From an uncultured Candidatus Saccharibacteria bacterium (GTDB lineage: Bacteria; Patescibacteriota; Minisyncoccia; Phycocordibacterales; UBA9973), in NCBI GenBank assembly GCA_964398205.1, contig CAYNLU010000002.1, positions 1,004 to 65,003 on the forward strand: DNA of 64,000 nucleotides, given 5' to 3'. Made by a program: the position numbers and the translations under genes. The notes beneath the pieces are model-generated. The model saw only the letters and a list, made by a program, of their open reading frames with translations. It did not search any database and was not told the DNA's origin. Positions 48,282-57,460 of the stretch are shown piece after piece (the first letter of the stretch is position 1; each line of letters opens with the position of its first letter).

Positions 48282-48773
48282 TTAGAATTTTACTTTCTTT
48301 TTATACTCGATATAAGGTGTCCCATATTTTTCTACAAGAATAGCTTCTTGTTGTTTCAAGAAAATTAACTTAGCAAATACAAAAGAAATAATAGTCGCAA
48401 TAACTAAGAAGAAAGCGTTTATAACTAAAGCAAAACCTAAAACTAAAAAGAAAAGTCCGAAATTCGTAGGAGTACGAGTATAGCAATACGGACCTTTACA
48501 GAAAGTTTCTACAGTTATTTCTTTTTTAATGTCTAATCTATGAGAAGTTCTTTGCGCCCAAAATATTAAAAAAGTAGATAAAATAATTATTATCATACCG
48601 ATACCGAGAGTGATGGCTGGGTGGATTGAAATCTTGATTGGGAAAAATAAATCAAAACTAAGCCCTATCAAAAATAAAATAAAATAAGAATAATAAGAAT
48701 GCGCTAAAGTATGATGCACTTTAGTTTTGTGATGTTTGACAGCCTTATCTTCTTGTAATCCGAAATTATCCAT
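48282..48773 (-). CDS. isoprenylcysteine carboxyl methyltransferase (ICMT/PEMT) family membrane protein
   Basis: GPYCYTRTP, EAILVEKYGTPYIEYKKKV; start at ATG 48773. Confidence 0.8.
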   Translation of the reverse strand: MDNFGLQEDKAVKHHKTKVHHTLAHSYYSYFILFLIGLSFDLFFPIKISIHPAITLGIGMIIIILSTFLIFWAQRTSHRLDIKKEITVETFCKGPYCYTRTPTNFGLFFLVLGFALVINAFFLVIATIISFVFAKLIFLKQQEAILVEKYGTPYIEYKKKVKF

Positions 48774-48796
48774 ACCTAAATCATAGCACAAAATGA

Positions 48797-51187
48797 TTAT
48801 TTTACATCTCCCAAAGAATCCCCTACTTTATAATTCACAAGTATTGGTATGGGAGTTTTATATTTCAAATAAGACCTAGATAATACTGATTCCATAGCCT
48901 CTTTGATTATAGGTATAGCTTTATCTAGAGCTTCCTCTTTAATTTCAAAAACTAATTCGTCGTGAATCTGAAGCAACAAATTTACATCCTTTAATAAATC
49001 ATTATTCTTCAAATCTTGCCAAACGAAAAGTATAGCAAGTTTGATAATATCCGCAGCGGTTCCCTGCACCGGTGCGTTGATAGCAGTCCTCTCGGCCATA
49101 GAAGCCAAAAAAGGGATACGAGAATTAATATCTTTAAAATATCTTTTTCGCCCGAATAAAGTTTCAGTATAAGAATTCTTCTTAGCAAAAGCTTTAACAC
49201 TCTCTAAATAATTTGAGACCCCGGAGAATTGATTAAAATAATTATCATAAAACTTTTGAGCTTCTACTCGAGTAACCTCTTTACCTAAATTCTTACGCAA
49301 AGCTGAAACCCCCATACCGTAAATAATACCGAAGTTGATAACCTTTGCTCTTCGACGCATCTCGCTATCAACTTTCTCGGGATCTACTCCAAATACAAAA
49401 CTCGCAACTCCAGTATGAATATCTTTTCCTTCTCTAAAGATTTCAGTCATTTTTGGATCCCCGGATAAAATCGCTATAGTCCGTAATTCAATCTGAGAAT
49501 AATCAAAAGCACAAAGCTTATAACCTTTATCTGTAATAAAACCGTCTCGTATCTTTTTACCTAATTCAGTTTTGACTGGTAGATTTTGCAAATTTGGATC
49601 AAGAGAAGAAAATCTACCGGTTGTAGTAGCGTTTTGAATAAATTTAGAATGAAGCCTACCATCTTCCCCTATCATTTTAGGAATAACATCAATATAAGTC
49701 GAAAGTAGTTTTTGTAATTCGCGATATTCCATAATCAAACTAATTATAGGATTATCTTCTTCTAATTCTTCTAAGATTTCTATCTTAGTCGAGAAATTTC
49801 CACTAGCATTTTTCTTCTTAGAATTTTTAATACCCATCTTAACAAACAAAACTTCACCTAATTGTTTCGGAGAATTTATATTAAATTCTGTACCGGCTAT
49901 ATCGTATATCTTTTGAGTTAAAATATCTAAAGACTTATGATAATCTTTAGATAATTTTTCAAAATACTTTTGATCAATCAAAATTCCCCTCTCACCCATA
50001 GATTTTACAATAGGCAAAATCGGTAATTCTATCTCTTTGTAAATATTTATTAAATTTTTTTTCTCTACTTCTTTATAAATAATATCGCGAGCCTCATTAA
50101 AAGTAAGCTTATAATTTTTAGTTAAGTTTTTAGCATAATTTAATATATCTTCTTGGTTCGGATTACTGATTTCAGTATTTAAAATCCAAAGTAATAAAGA
50201 GGCTTCTTCTACCTTTTCAAGAGGTACAACTTCTGCGTCTTTAATAAAGTTTTCTAATTCTTCTTCACTCTTATAATTTCCAAAAAAGCTCTTGAGTCTA
50301 GTCATCAAACTACGAAAACCAAATTCCAAAAAAGTTTTCTCAATTTTCTCAAAACTTATATTTTCCCAAAAGGTTTTCTCGGGCAATTTGAAATCTATCG
50401 GGGCATCGCGACGAATAGTCGCTAAAACCTTTGAGAATAAAGCTTCTTCTTCATTATTCTTTATCAAATCTAAAATCCGTGGAGTAAGGCCTAAATCTTT
50501 GAAAACTTTTTCATCTTTTTTAACTTGCTTATAGATTTCTTCTATAGTTCCAAAATGACTTATGAGAGTAGTCGCAGTTTTCTCACCTATACCTTTAATA
50601 CCGATAATATTATCCGAAGGGTCTCCGCGTAATCCTTTATAATCCGGCAAGAATTTCGGTTTAAAATTAAATCGCTCTACAACCTTATCTTCATCATAAA
50701 GTATAGTGTCCGTAATCCCCTTTTTCAAAGTATAAACTTGCACTCGTTTACCGTCGACGAGTTGCATCGTATCCATATCTCCGGAAGCAATAATAATATT
50801 TATATTTTGATCTTTCAAAATCTCGCAAATAGTTCCTAATTCATCATCGGCTTCGAAACCTGGAGCATCATAAATCGGAATATTAAAAGCTTCGAAAATT
50901 TTTCTCGAACTTATTAGTTGTGCGATTAAAGCTTCGTCCGCTTTCGCTCTACCGGCTTTATATGCATCGTAAGCTTCATGACGAAAAGTTTTCTGAGGTA
51001 AATCATAACAAGCTACGATATAGTCCGGTTTCAAATCCGAAACTATTTTCATAAGCATATTAGATAATCCATAAAGCGCCCCAGTAGGAACTCCATCGTT
51101 AGACATAAAGTCTGGGAGTGCGTGATAAGCACGGTGAATTATAGCGTGAGAATCGAGCAGTACTAAAAGCTTAGGTTTTTCTTTCAT
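48797..51187 (-). CDS. polA: DNA polymerase I (5'-3' exonuclease + polymerase; proofreading domain reduced)
   Basis: LLDSHAIIHRAYHA, GDPSDNI.G, DYSQIELR, AKVINFGIIYG, QIHDEL. Confidence 0.96.
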   Translation of the reverse strand: MKEKPKLLVLLDSHAIIHRAYHALPDFMSNDGVPTGALYGLSNMLMKIVSDLKPDYIVACYDLPQKTFRHEAYDAYKAGRAKADEALIAQLISSRKIFEAFNIPIYDAPGFEADDELGTICEILKDQNINIIIASGDMDTMQLVDGKRVQVYTLKKGITDTILYDEDKVVERFNFKPKFLPDYKGLRGDPSDNIIGIKGIGEKTATTLISHFGTIEEIYKQVKKDEKVFKDLGLTPRILDLIKNNEEEALFSKVLATIRRDAPIDFKLPEKTFWENISFEKIEKTFLEFGFRSLMTRLKSFFGNYKSEEELENFIKDAEVVPLEKVEEASLLLWILNTEISNPNQEDILNYAKNLTKNYKLTFNEARDIIYKEVEKKNLINIYKEIELPILPIVKSMGERGILIDQKYFEKLSKDYHKSLDILTQKIYDIAGTEFNINSPKQLGEVLFVKMGIKNSKKKNASGNFSTKIEILEELEEDNPIISLIMEYRELQKLLSTYIDVIPKMIGEDGRLHSKFIQNATTTGRFSSLDPNLQNLPVKTELGKKIRDGFITDKGYKLCAFDYSQIELRTIAILSGDPKMTEIFREGKDIHTGVASFVFGVDPEKVDSEMRRRAKVINFGIIYGMGVSALRKNLGKEVTRVEAQKFYDNYFNQFSGVSNYLESVKAFAKKNSYTETLFGRKRYFKDINSRIPFLASMAERTAINAPVQGTAADIIKLAILFVWQDLKNNDLLKDVNLLLQIHDELVFEIKEEALDKAIPIIKEAMESVLSRSYLKYKTPIPILVNYKVGDSLGDVK

Positions 51188-51198
51188 GTATACTATTA

Positions 51199-51285
51199 TA
51201 GCATCTAAAGTACTTTTTTAGATGGTCTGGCCGAGCGTAATCGCGAGGAGAACCGAGGACCTCTTAAAAAGTATTTTAGATGCTA
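51199..51285. repeat. intergenic hairpin element (ATGGTCTGG...CCGAGGACCT family)
   Basis: Arms TAGCATCTAAAGTACTTTTT/AAAAAGTATTTTAGATGCTA; core as in uvrB. Confidence 0.85.
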
Positions 51286-51762
51286 GAAATCAAAAATTCT
51301 TGAATTATCTCCGTTGTGTTTTATTTTAATTTTAAGTACTTTTTTAGGTAAATTTTTACCTAAGATTTCCGGCCATTCTATAAAAATTATATTTTTAGGA
51401 TTATTTAAAATATCTTGAAATTTTAAAAGTTGTAATTCTTTTTTAATATCTTTACCTTCTAAACGATAAGCGTCTATATGATATAAATTCTCCCATACAT
51501 AGGTCTTGCCTATGGGGTAGCGTTTCATTAATACAAAAGTCGGACTAACTACTTTCTTTTGAATTTTTAAAATTTTAGCCACACTTTGCACGAAAGTAGT
51601 TTTCCCTGCCCCTAGATCTCCAGAAAGAGTTACAATAGTAGCTTGCTTTACTTGCGTTAGGTCCCCGCCTAGCGGACGGGCAGGTTGCTTAACGTAAAGT
51701 TTATCTATAAAAATCTTTGCAATTTTTTCTATATCTTTAATATTTTCAGTAATGTATTTCAC
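51283..51762 (-). CDS. tsaE: tRNA threonylcarbamoyladenosine biosynthesis ATPase
   Basis: LSGDLGAGKTT, VSPTF, YHIDAYRL, IEWPE. Confidence 0.95.
   Translation of the reverse strand: MKYITENIKDIEKIAKIFIDKLYVKQPARPLGGDLTQVKQATIVTLSGDLGAGKTTFVQSVAKILKIQKKVVSPTFVLMKRYPIGKTYVWENLYHIDAYRLEGKDIKKELQLLKFQDILNNPKNIIFIEWPEILGKNLPKKVLKIKIKHNGDNSRIFDF
51652..51697. repeat. palindromic in-frame insertion in tsaE
   Basis: TTGCGTTAGG..CCGCCTAGCGGACGGGCAGG..CTTAACGTAA; translated as YVKQPARPLGGDLTQ. Confidence 0.7.
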
Positions 51763-51778
51763 TTTTAAATAATAGCAT

Positions 51779-51807
51779 AAGTCACCTGATAAGGGGATTT
51801 AGGGGTT
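51779..51807. repeat. REP-like unit, intergenic
   Basis: AAGTCACCTGATAAGGGGATTTAGGGGTT. Confidence 0.85.
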
Positions 51808-51896
51808 GTAAAAATAAAAAAGCACTCCAGGACGAACCTTGAAGTGCTTATCTTTTACCCCTAATACTTTTTCAAATAAAAGCTAAGGGTTTGCTT

Positions 51897-52664
51897 TTAT
51901 CTGTATCCCATTCTCACAAATTGGTTTTGGTAAGCCTCTTTGTGAATACCGAAGTCGGCGTAGTCAGCATCGCTGAACTCACGCCAATAATAAATTTTTC
52001 CTTCCCAGTTGGGCTGAGATGGCCCTTGGTCGACTAAGGCTGCAGCTTCGGATTGCGGAAGTCTCTTCCATTTTCCAGTAGCTCCTCCCCAACCCGACCA
52101 TTTTGAACATCTTGCGTACGTATAGACTTCTCTAACATACACAAAGTTCTCCCCAGGAGGCATTCTTTCATAAATCACATACTCCTGGGGAGGATTTTGT
52201 AATTTATTTTCGGGAGATACCCACTCCCTTTTTGGAGCAGGTTGCTCCATTTTTTTTAAAACCTTCTCCGGGGTCTTTTCCCCTTCGTAAGCTTCTAAAA
52301 AAACCAATAAATTACCACAGACTGTGGCGTAAATTTTTCCATCCGAACTTCGGACTACTTTCGTAGTCCCCTCAAGCTCACAAATGTGAGCCATCCCGTT
52401 AGGAGAAAAATTTAAAAACAATCCTCGGCCATTAAGACCGATTTGGGGGAAAATTTCCCCCAAATTCTGAGTTTCCTCAGAAGAATTTATCTTTTTAAAA
52501 AATGGCCCGGTTTCACCCGGAACCTTTTGAGAGCCGTAGTAGGCTCTTTCTTTCCCTACAAGGAAACGGGTTCCTTGTGGTTCATAACTATACCCAGATT
52601 GGGCAGTAGTTATTGTTAAAGAAAAAAATAAACCGAACGCTATTATAAAAAAAACTTTTCTCAT
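51897..52664 (-). CDS. secreted hypothetical protein
   Basis: Signal peptide MRKVFFIIAFGLFFSLTITTAQS; locally more GC-rich than its neighbours. Confidence 0.75.
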   Translation of the reverse strand: MRKVFFIIAFGLFFSLTITTAQSGYSYEPQGTRFLVGKERAYYGSQKVPGETGPFFKKINSSEETQNLGEIFPQIGLNGRGLFLNFSPNGMAHICELEGTTKVVRSSDGKIYATVCGNLLVFLEAYEGEKTPEKVLKKMEQPAPKREWVSPENKLQNPPQEYVIYERMPPGENFVYVREVYTYARCSKWSGWGGATGKWKRLPQSEAAALVDQGPSQPNWEGKIYYWREFSDADYADFGIHKEAYQNQFVRMGYR

Positions 52665-52851
52665 TTTAATGAATTTTAATTTTGTTTGAAAAAGTTTTGC
52701 TAAGAAATACTTCCAAACAAGACTTTTCCAAACAATTTTTAATCTAAAAAATGAGATTTTACAAAGAACAATTTACCTATATAGTATAGCATATTTTAGG
52801 TAAAAAGTCAAGGGGGCAGGAAGATAAAAAATCCTGTATAATTAAGGCTAT

Positions 52852-54549
52852 ATGCACGATTTTGATGAAGATAAACAAAATAAGCAACTCGCAGATCTCA
52901 AGAGAAAAGAAGAAGAAGATTTGGTTTCCCTATTGGCTGAAACTAAATATAACCTCCCCTACGCTGATTTATATAAAGTTGGTATAGATAACGAAGCCTT
53001 ACGAGCAATAGACGAACGAGATGCTCACGAAAAACACATTGCTCCTTTTAAAATTATTGGTAAAAAAATTTATATCGCTCTACGCACTCCAACAGAAGAA
53101 TTAAAACAAGAATTAATCGAGGATATGGGACGTAAAGATTTAGAAGCTGTGTTTTATATGACTTCTCTCGCTAGTATAGAAAAAGTTTGGGACCGATATA
53201 AAGAGCTTTCAATGGCTGAAAGTTCTAAGATAGGAGGCATTGATATATCTTCTGAGATTTTAAGAGAAACAGCTAAAAATATCAAAAGGATGCAAGATAT
53301 CAAACTTGCTTTAGAGCAAGAAATGGAAAGTGGTAAAATTCACAAAATCACTCGCTTACTTGAGATAATCCTTGCTGGAGCTATCGCTATTAATGCTTCT
53401 GATATTCATATCAAGCCCGAAGAAAATGGAGCAAAACTTCGCTTGCGCTTAGATGGAGTACTTCAAGATATAGAATTCTTTAATACTAATATTTATCACC
53501 TGCTAAATTCTCGCATCAAATTACTCTCTGGAATGAAATTAACTTCTCTTGGAGCTCAAGATGGTAGATTTGCGATAGTCGAAGACGAAACCGAAATCAG
53601 TATTCGTACTTCTCTGATTCCAGGATCTTACGGAGAAACTATCGTGATGCGTATACTTGATCCAAAATCAATTCAAATTAATATCGAAGATATGGGTATG
53701 GATCCTTATTTATACGAAATAGTTCTAAAAGAAATCGCAAAACCCAACGGGCTAATTCTAGTAACAGGTCCTACAGGCTCCGGTAAAACTACTACCTTAT
53801 ACGCTTTCTTAAGAAGAATCTATTCCACAGAAATAAACATAATCACTATCGAAGACCCGGTAGAATATAGACTGAAAGGTATTACCCAAACTCAAATCAG
53901 TGATAAAAAAGATTACGGATTTGCTGAAGGATTAAAGGCCGCTCTCCGTCAGGACCCCGACGTAATAATGGTTGGAGAAATCCGCGATAGCGAAACTGCT
54001 AAAACTGCAGTACAATCTGCTCTCACCGGTCACTTGGTTTTCTCTACTTTGCACACTAATAATGCAGCTGGAGTTATCCCTCGACTTTCGGACCTAGAAG
54101 TAAATCCCAAAATTATGCCTTCTGCTTTATCTCTCTCTATTGCTCAAAGATTAGTTAGAAAACTTTGTGAAAAGTGTAAAAAAGAAAAAGAAGCAAAAGA
54201 AAAAGAAATCAATACTCTAAAAACAATAGTAGATAAAATGATAATAAATGGTAAGGATTTAAATAGGTATAATTTAAACAAAGACGGTCCTATAAAATTA
54301 TATGAGGCAGTAGGTTGCGAAGAATGTAACATGACTGGATACAAAGGGCGTATAGGAATATTTGAGGCAATTATGACCAACGAAGATATAGAAAAAATAA
54401 TGCCAAATAATCCTTCGGAAAGAGAAATAAAACAGGTTGCAAACAAACAAGGAATATTATCAATGCGTGAGGATGGTTTAGTAAAAATACTTCGCGGTGT
54501 TACGTCTTATGAAGAAGTATTAAGTGTTGTCGATCTTAATGAAGAATAA
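52852..54549 (+). CDS. GspE/PulE/PilB family ATPase
   Basis: ASDIH, GPTGSGKT, TIEDPVE, LRQDPD..VGEIRD, TGHLVFSTLH, CxxC pairs. Confidence 0.93.
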   Translation: MHDFDEDKQNKQLADLKRKEEEDLVSLLAETKYNLPYADLYKVGIDNEALRAIDERDAHEKHIAPFKIIGKKIYIALRTPTEELKQELIEDMGRKDLEAVFYMTSLASIEKVWDRYKELSMAESSKIGGIDISSEILRETAKNIKRMQDIKLALEQEMESGKIHKITRLLEIILAGAIAINASDIHIKPEENGAKLRLRLDGVLQDIEFFNTNIYHLLNSRIKLLSGMKLTSLGAQDGRFAIVEDETEISIRTSLIPGSYGETIVMRILDPKSIQINIEDMGMDPYLYEIVLKEIAKPNGLILVTGPTGSGKTTTLYAFLRRIYSTEINIITIEDPVEYRLKGITQTQISDKKDYGFAEGLKAALRQDPDVIMVGEIRDSETAKTAVQSALTGHLVFSTLHTNNAAGVIPRLSDLEVNPKIMPSALSLSIAQRLVRKLCEKCKKEKEAKEKEINTLKTIVDKMIINGKDLNRYNLNKDGPIKLYEAVGCEECNMTGYKGRIGIFEAIMTNEDIEKIMPNNPSEREIKQVANKQGILSMREDGLVKILRGVTSYEEVLSVVDLNEE

Positions 54550-54568
54550 TTAATTAATAAAAACAGAA

Positions 54569-55237
54569 ATGAAAAAAATAGAAAATCAAATTAAAAACCA
54601 ACAAGAAAATCCAGATTTTTTTAGAGTATCAATCTTTGGTAGTGCAAAAATTAAAAAGAATGACCCAATCTACAAAAGTGTTAAAAATTTAGCAAAAGAA
54701 TTAGCAAAAATGGAAATTGACCTTGTTACAGGTGGAGGTAAAGGATTAATGGAAGCTGCAAGTCTAGGCCACAAACAAGGTAAGAAAAATGCAAATGTTA
54801 GAACTATTGGAGTAGGAGTTAAGTTACCTTGGAATCAAGGTTTTAACGAAGCAATAGAATACAAAAAAGAGTATGGAAGATTTTCAGGACGCTTAGATGA
54901 ATTTATGCTTTTATCAAACGCAGTTATTGTAACCCCGGGAGGTATTGGAACTTTATTAGAACTTTTTTATACTTGGCAACTAGTTCAAGTTCACCATATT
55001 TGCAACATTCCTATTATACTGATGGGAGAACAATGGAACGGTTTACTTACTTGGATCAAGAACAATCCTCTAAAAACTGAATACTTAACTAAAAGAGATT
55101 TTGATTTAGTTTTTTATGCAAAAAATGAAGAAGAGGTTTTAGATATGATTCACGATGTTCACACTCACTTCAAAAATAAAGGTAAAGATTTCTGCTTAAA
55201 CTACAAAAGATATAACAAATTTAAAAACCCGAAATAA
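54569..55237 (+). CDS. LOG family protein
   Basis: VSIFGSA, TGGG.GLMEAA, PGGIGTLLE. Confidence 0.9.
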   Translation: MKKIENQIKNQQENPDFFRVSIFGSAKIKKNDPIYKSVKNLAKELAKMEIDLVTGGGKGLMEAASLGHKQGKKNANVRTIGVGVKLPWNQGFNEAIEYKKEYGRFSGRLDEFMLLSNAVIVTPGGIGTLLELFYTWQLVQVHHICNIPIILMGEQWNGLLTWIKNNPLKTEYLTKRDFDLVFYAKNEEEVLDMIHDVHTHFKNKGKDFCLNYKRYNKFKNPK

Positions 55238-55253
55238 TTCGGGTTTTTAAATT
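55218..55253. terminator. intrinsic terminator
   Basis: AATTTAAAAACCCGAA/TTCGGGTTTTTAAATT. Confidence 0.8.
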
Positions 55254-55264
55254 GAGAAATAAAA

Positions 55265-55418
55265 AAGAGCATTAATCTCTAAACAATCCTTTGTAAGCTT
55301 AGCCCACAAAGTAACAGATCGCCATAGGATAGCCCCAGAAGTATTATAAATAAAACCAAGTCGTCCTAATCAGAAATGTAGAACCTAAGGCTGATTGCTT
55401 AGAGATTAACACCCTCTT
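55265..55418 (-). ncRNA. 6S RNA-like long irregular hairpin RNA
   Basis: Ends pair (GTTAATCTCTAAGCAATC/GATTGTTTAGAGATTAAT); nested stems around a central bubble; TAAAAT upstream and T-run downstream on the minus strand. Confidence 0.55.
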
Positions 55419-55460
55419 AATATAATTTTACTATTTCATTTTACAACCGTAAACAAAAGT

Positions 55461-55492
55461 TGTGGAAAATATTGTGAATAAACTGTATATAA
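55461..55492. promoter_or_regulatory. cluster of three DnaA-box-like 9-mers
   Basis: TGTGGAAAA, TGTGAATAA, TGTATATAA in tandem, same orientation. Confidence 0.55.
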
Positions 55493-55629
55493 CTTTTCTT
55501 AATCTTTCTAGAGTATAGCATATTATTAAAATAATGTCAATACCCTTTTCTTTAAACCGATAAATTAAGGGTTTTTAAGAAATAAATACTTATATGAGTG
55601 TTGTATTTAAAATATGTTAAAATATAGAG

Positions 55630-56637
55630 ATGGAAGACAAAGAACCAACTAAAAAAACCAGAGAAAACAAAGAAGAATCTTTCTTGGATCAAGCCCTAAG
55701 ACCAAATACATTCAAAGAATACATAGGTCAAGAACACATCAAAGACAATATCAACATATTATTAACCGCGGCGAAAGAACGCGGACACACTCCTGAACAT
55801 ATTTTATTCTACGGACCTCCAGGACTCGGTAAAACCACCCTTGCTCACCTGATAGCAAAAGAAACTGGAAAACAAATCAAAATTACTTCTGGCCCAGCAA
55901 TAGAAAAAGTTGGTGATTTAGCTTCAATACTTACGAATTTATCTCCGGGAGATATTTTATTTATTGATGAAATTCATCGTCTAAACAAAATGATAGAAGA
56001 AATCCTCTACCCCGCTATGGAATCTGGAGTTTTAGATATTATTATTGGTAAAGGTCCTTCAGCGCGATCAATACAACTCGACTTACCTCCTTTTACTCTT
56101 ATCGCAGCAACAACTAGAGTTTCTATGATATCTTCGCCGTTGCGTTCTAGGTTTTCAGGAGGAGTATTTCGTTTAGAGTTTTATTCTGACAACGAATTAG
56201 CTGAAATAGTAAAAAGATCTAGTAAACTTTTAAATACAAATTTAGAAGGAGAAGCAATTTTAGAAATTGCGAAACGAAGTAGATTTACTCCTCGAACTGC
56301 AAACTATTTTCTTAAACGTGTTCGTGATTATGCTCAAGTTTATAAAAAAGATTTAAATCAAGAAACAGTTAAGCAAGCACTAAATATGCTTTCAATAGAC
56401 GAGCTCGGACTAGACGCTTCTGATAGAAAATTTTTAGAAATCCTAATAGATAAATTCGGTGGTGGCCCAGTAGGACTTAAAACTATTGCTGCAGCGCTCG
56501 GCGAAGAAGAAGCAACAATCGAAGAAGTGATTGAACCCTATTTAATTCAACTAGGCTTAATAGAAAAAACTGCTCGCGGCCGCGTAGCAACCGATAAAGC
56601 GTATTTACATTTAGGTTTTGAAATTAAAGAAAAATAA
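55630..56637 (+). CDS. ruvB: Holliday junction DNA helicase RuvB
   Basis: [35 protein letters not shown]. Confidence 0.97.
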   Translation: MEDKEPTKKTRENKEESFLDQALRPNTFKEYIGQEHIKDNINILLTAAKERGHTPEHILFYGPPGLGKTTLAHLIAKETGKQIKITSGPAIEKVGDLASILTNLSPGDILFIDEIHRLNKMIEEILYPAMESGVLDIIIGKGPSARSIQLDLPPFTLIAATTRVSMISSPLRSRFSGGVFRLEFYSDNELAEIVKRSSKLLNTNLEGEAILEIAKRSRFTPRTANYFLKRVRDYAQVYKKDLNQETVKQALNMLSIDELGLDASDRKFLEILIDKFGGGPVGLKTIAAALGEEEATIEEVIEPYLIQLGLIEKTARGRVATDKAYLHLGFEIKEK

Positions 56638-56638
56638 T

Positions 56639-57124
56639 ATGAAAATATTAGGAATTGATCCAGGTTATGAAAGGTTGGGTATAGCTATACTAGAGAAAAA
56701 TAAAGGCGATAAAAAAGAGACACTAATTTATAGTGAGTGTTTTAAAACTTCTAGTAAGTTAGATTTTAATGAGAGGTTACTTATGATTGGTAGTAAAATA
56801 AAAGAAATTCTCAAAGAATATGAACCGGCAATTCTTTCTATTGAAACACTTTTTTTAAACACCAATCAAAAGACAGTAATGCAAGTAGCAGAAGTAAGAG
56901 GAATAATTATTTACCTTGCCAAAGAACATAAACTAGAAATCTTTGAAGCCTCCCCTCCTCAAATCAAGAATAGTATTACTGGATATGGTAAATCAGACAA
57001 AGAACAAATTCGCAAAATGGTAGGACTTTTAATAGATCTACCTAAAGATAAAAAAAATAGCCTGGACGATGAATTAGACGCTATAGCGATAGCCTTAACG
57101 GCTTTTGCCCACAAAAGATTTTAG
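56639..57124 (+). CDS. ruvC: crossover junction endodeoxyribonuclease RuvC
   Basis: ILGIDPG, IETLF, TGYGKSDK, DDELDAIAIA; start at ATG 56639. Confidence 0.95.
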   Translation: MKILGIDPGYERLGIAILEKNKGDKKETLIYSECFKTSSKLDFNERLLMIGSKIKEILKEYEPAILSIETLFLNTNQKTVMQVAEVRGIIIYLAKEHKLEIFEASPPQIKNSITGYGKSDKEQIRKMVGLLIDLPKDKKNSLDDELDAIAIALTAFAHKRF

Positions 57125-57240
57125 TTATCCACAATATTCAATAAAAAGAATTTGCTTTGGGATTATCTTTTTGATAAAACTATAATAGTTAAAAATAATT
57201 TTTTATTAAGGTCGTTTAAAAAAATAAATTTAAAAATAAA

Positions 57241-57420
57241 ATGGACGAATTTGAAAACGATATAAATGGATCTGATTTCTATGGTGGTAGTTATACTGAG
57301 GATGATGTTTACGATCCTCTACTATTAGACGATGACTTGGATATTGGAGATGACGAGATGGAAGGTATGCATATTGCCGACGAAGATGATGAAGAAGATC
57401 CAGATGATAAGTTTCACTAG
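57241..57420 (+). CDS. hyperacidic microprotein (59 aa)
   Basis: Manual translation MDEFENDINGSDFYGGSYTEDDVYDPLLLDDDLDIGDDEMEGMHIADEDDEEDPDDKFH; followed by a terminator. Confidence 0.75.
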   Translation: MDEFENDINGSDFYGGSYTEDDVYDPLLLDDDLDIGDDEMEGMHIADEDDEEDPDDKFH

Positions 57421-57427
57421 TTTTAAA

Positions 57428-57460
57428 ATAAAAAATACCAGCTAAGCTGGTATTTTTTAT
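57428..57460. terminator. bidirectional terminator
   Basis: ATAAAAAATACCAGCT/AGCTGGTATTTTTTAT. Confidence 0.8.
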
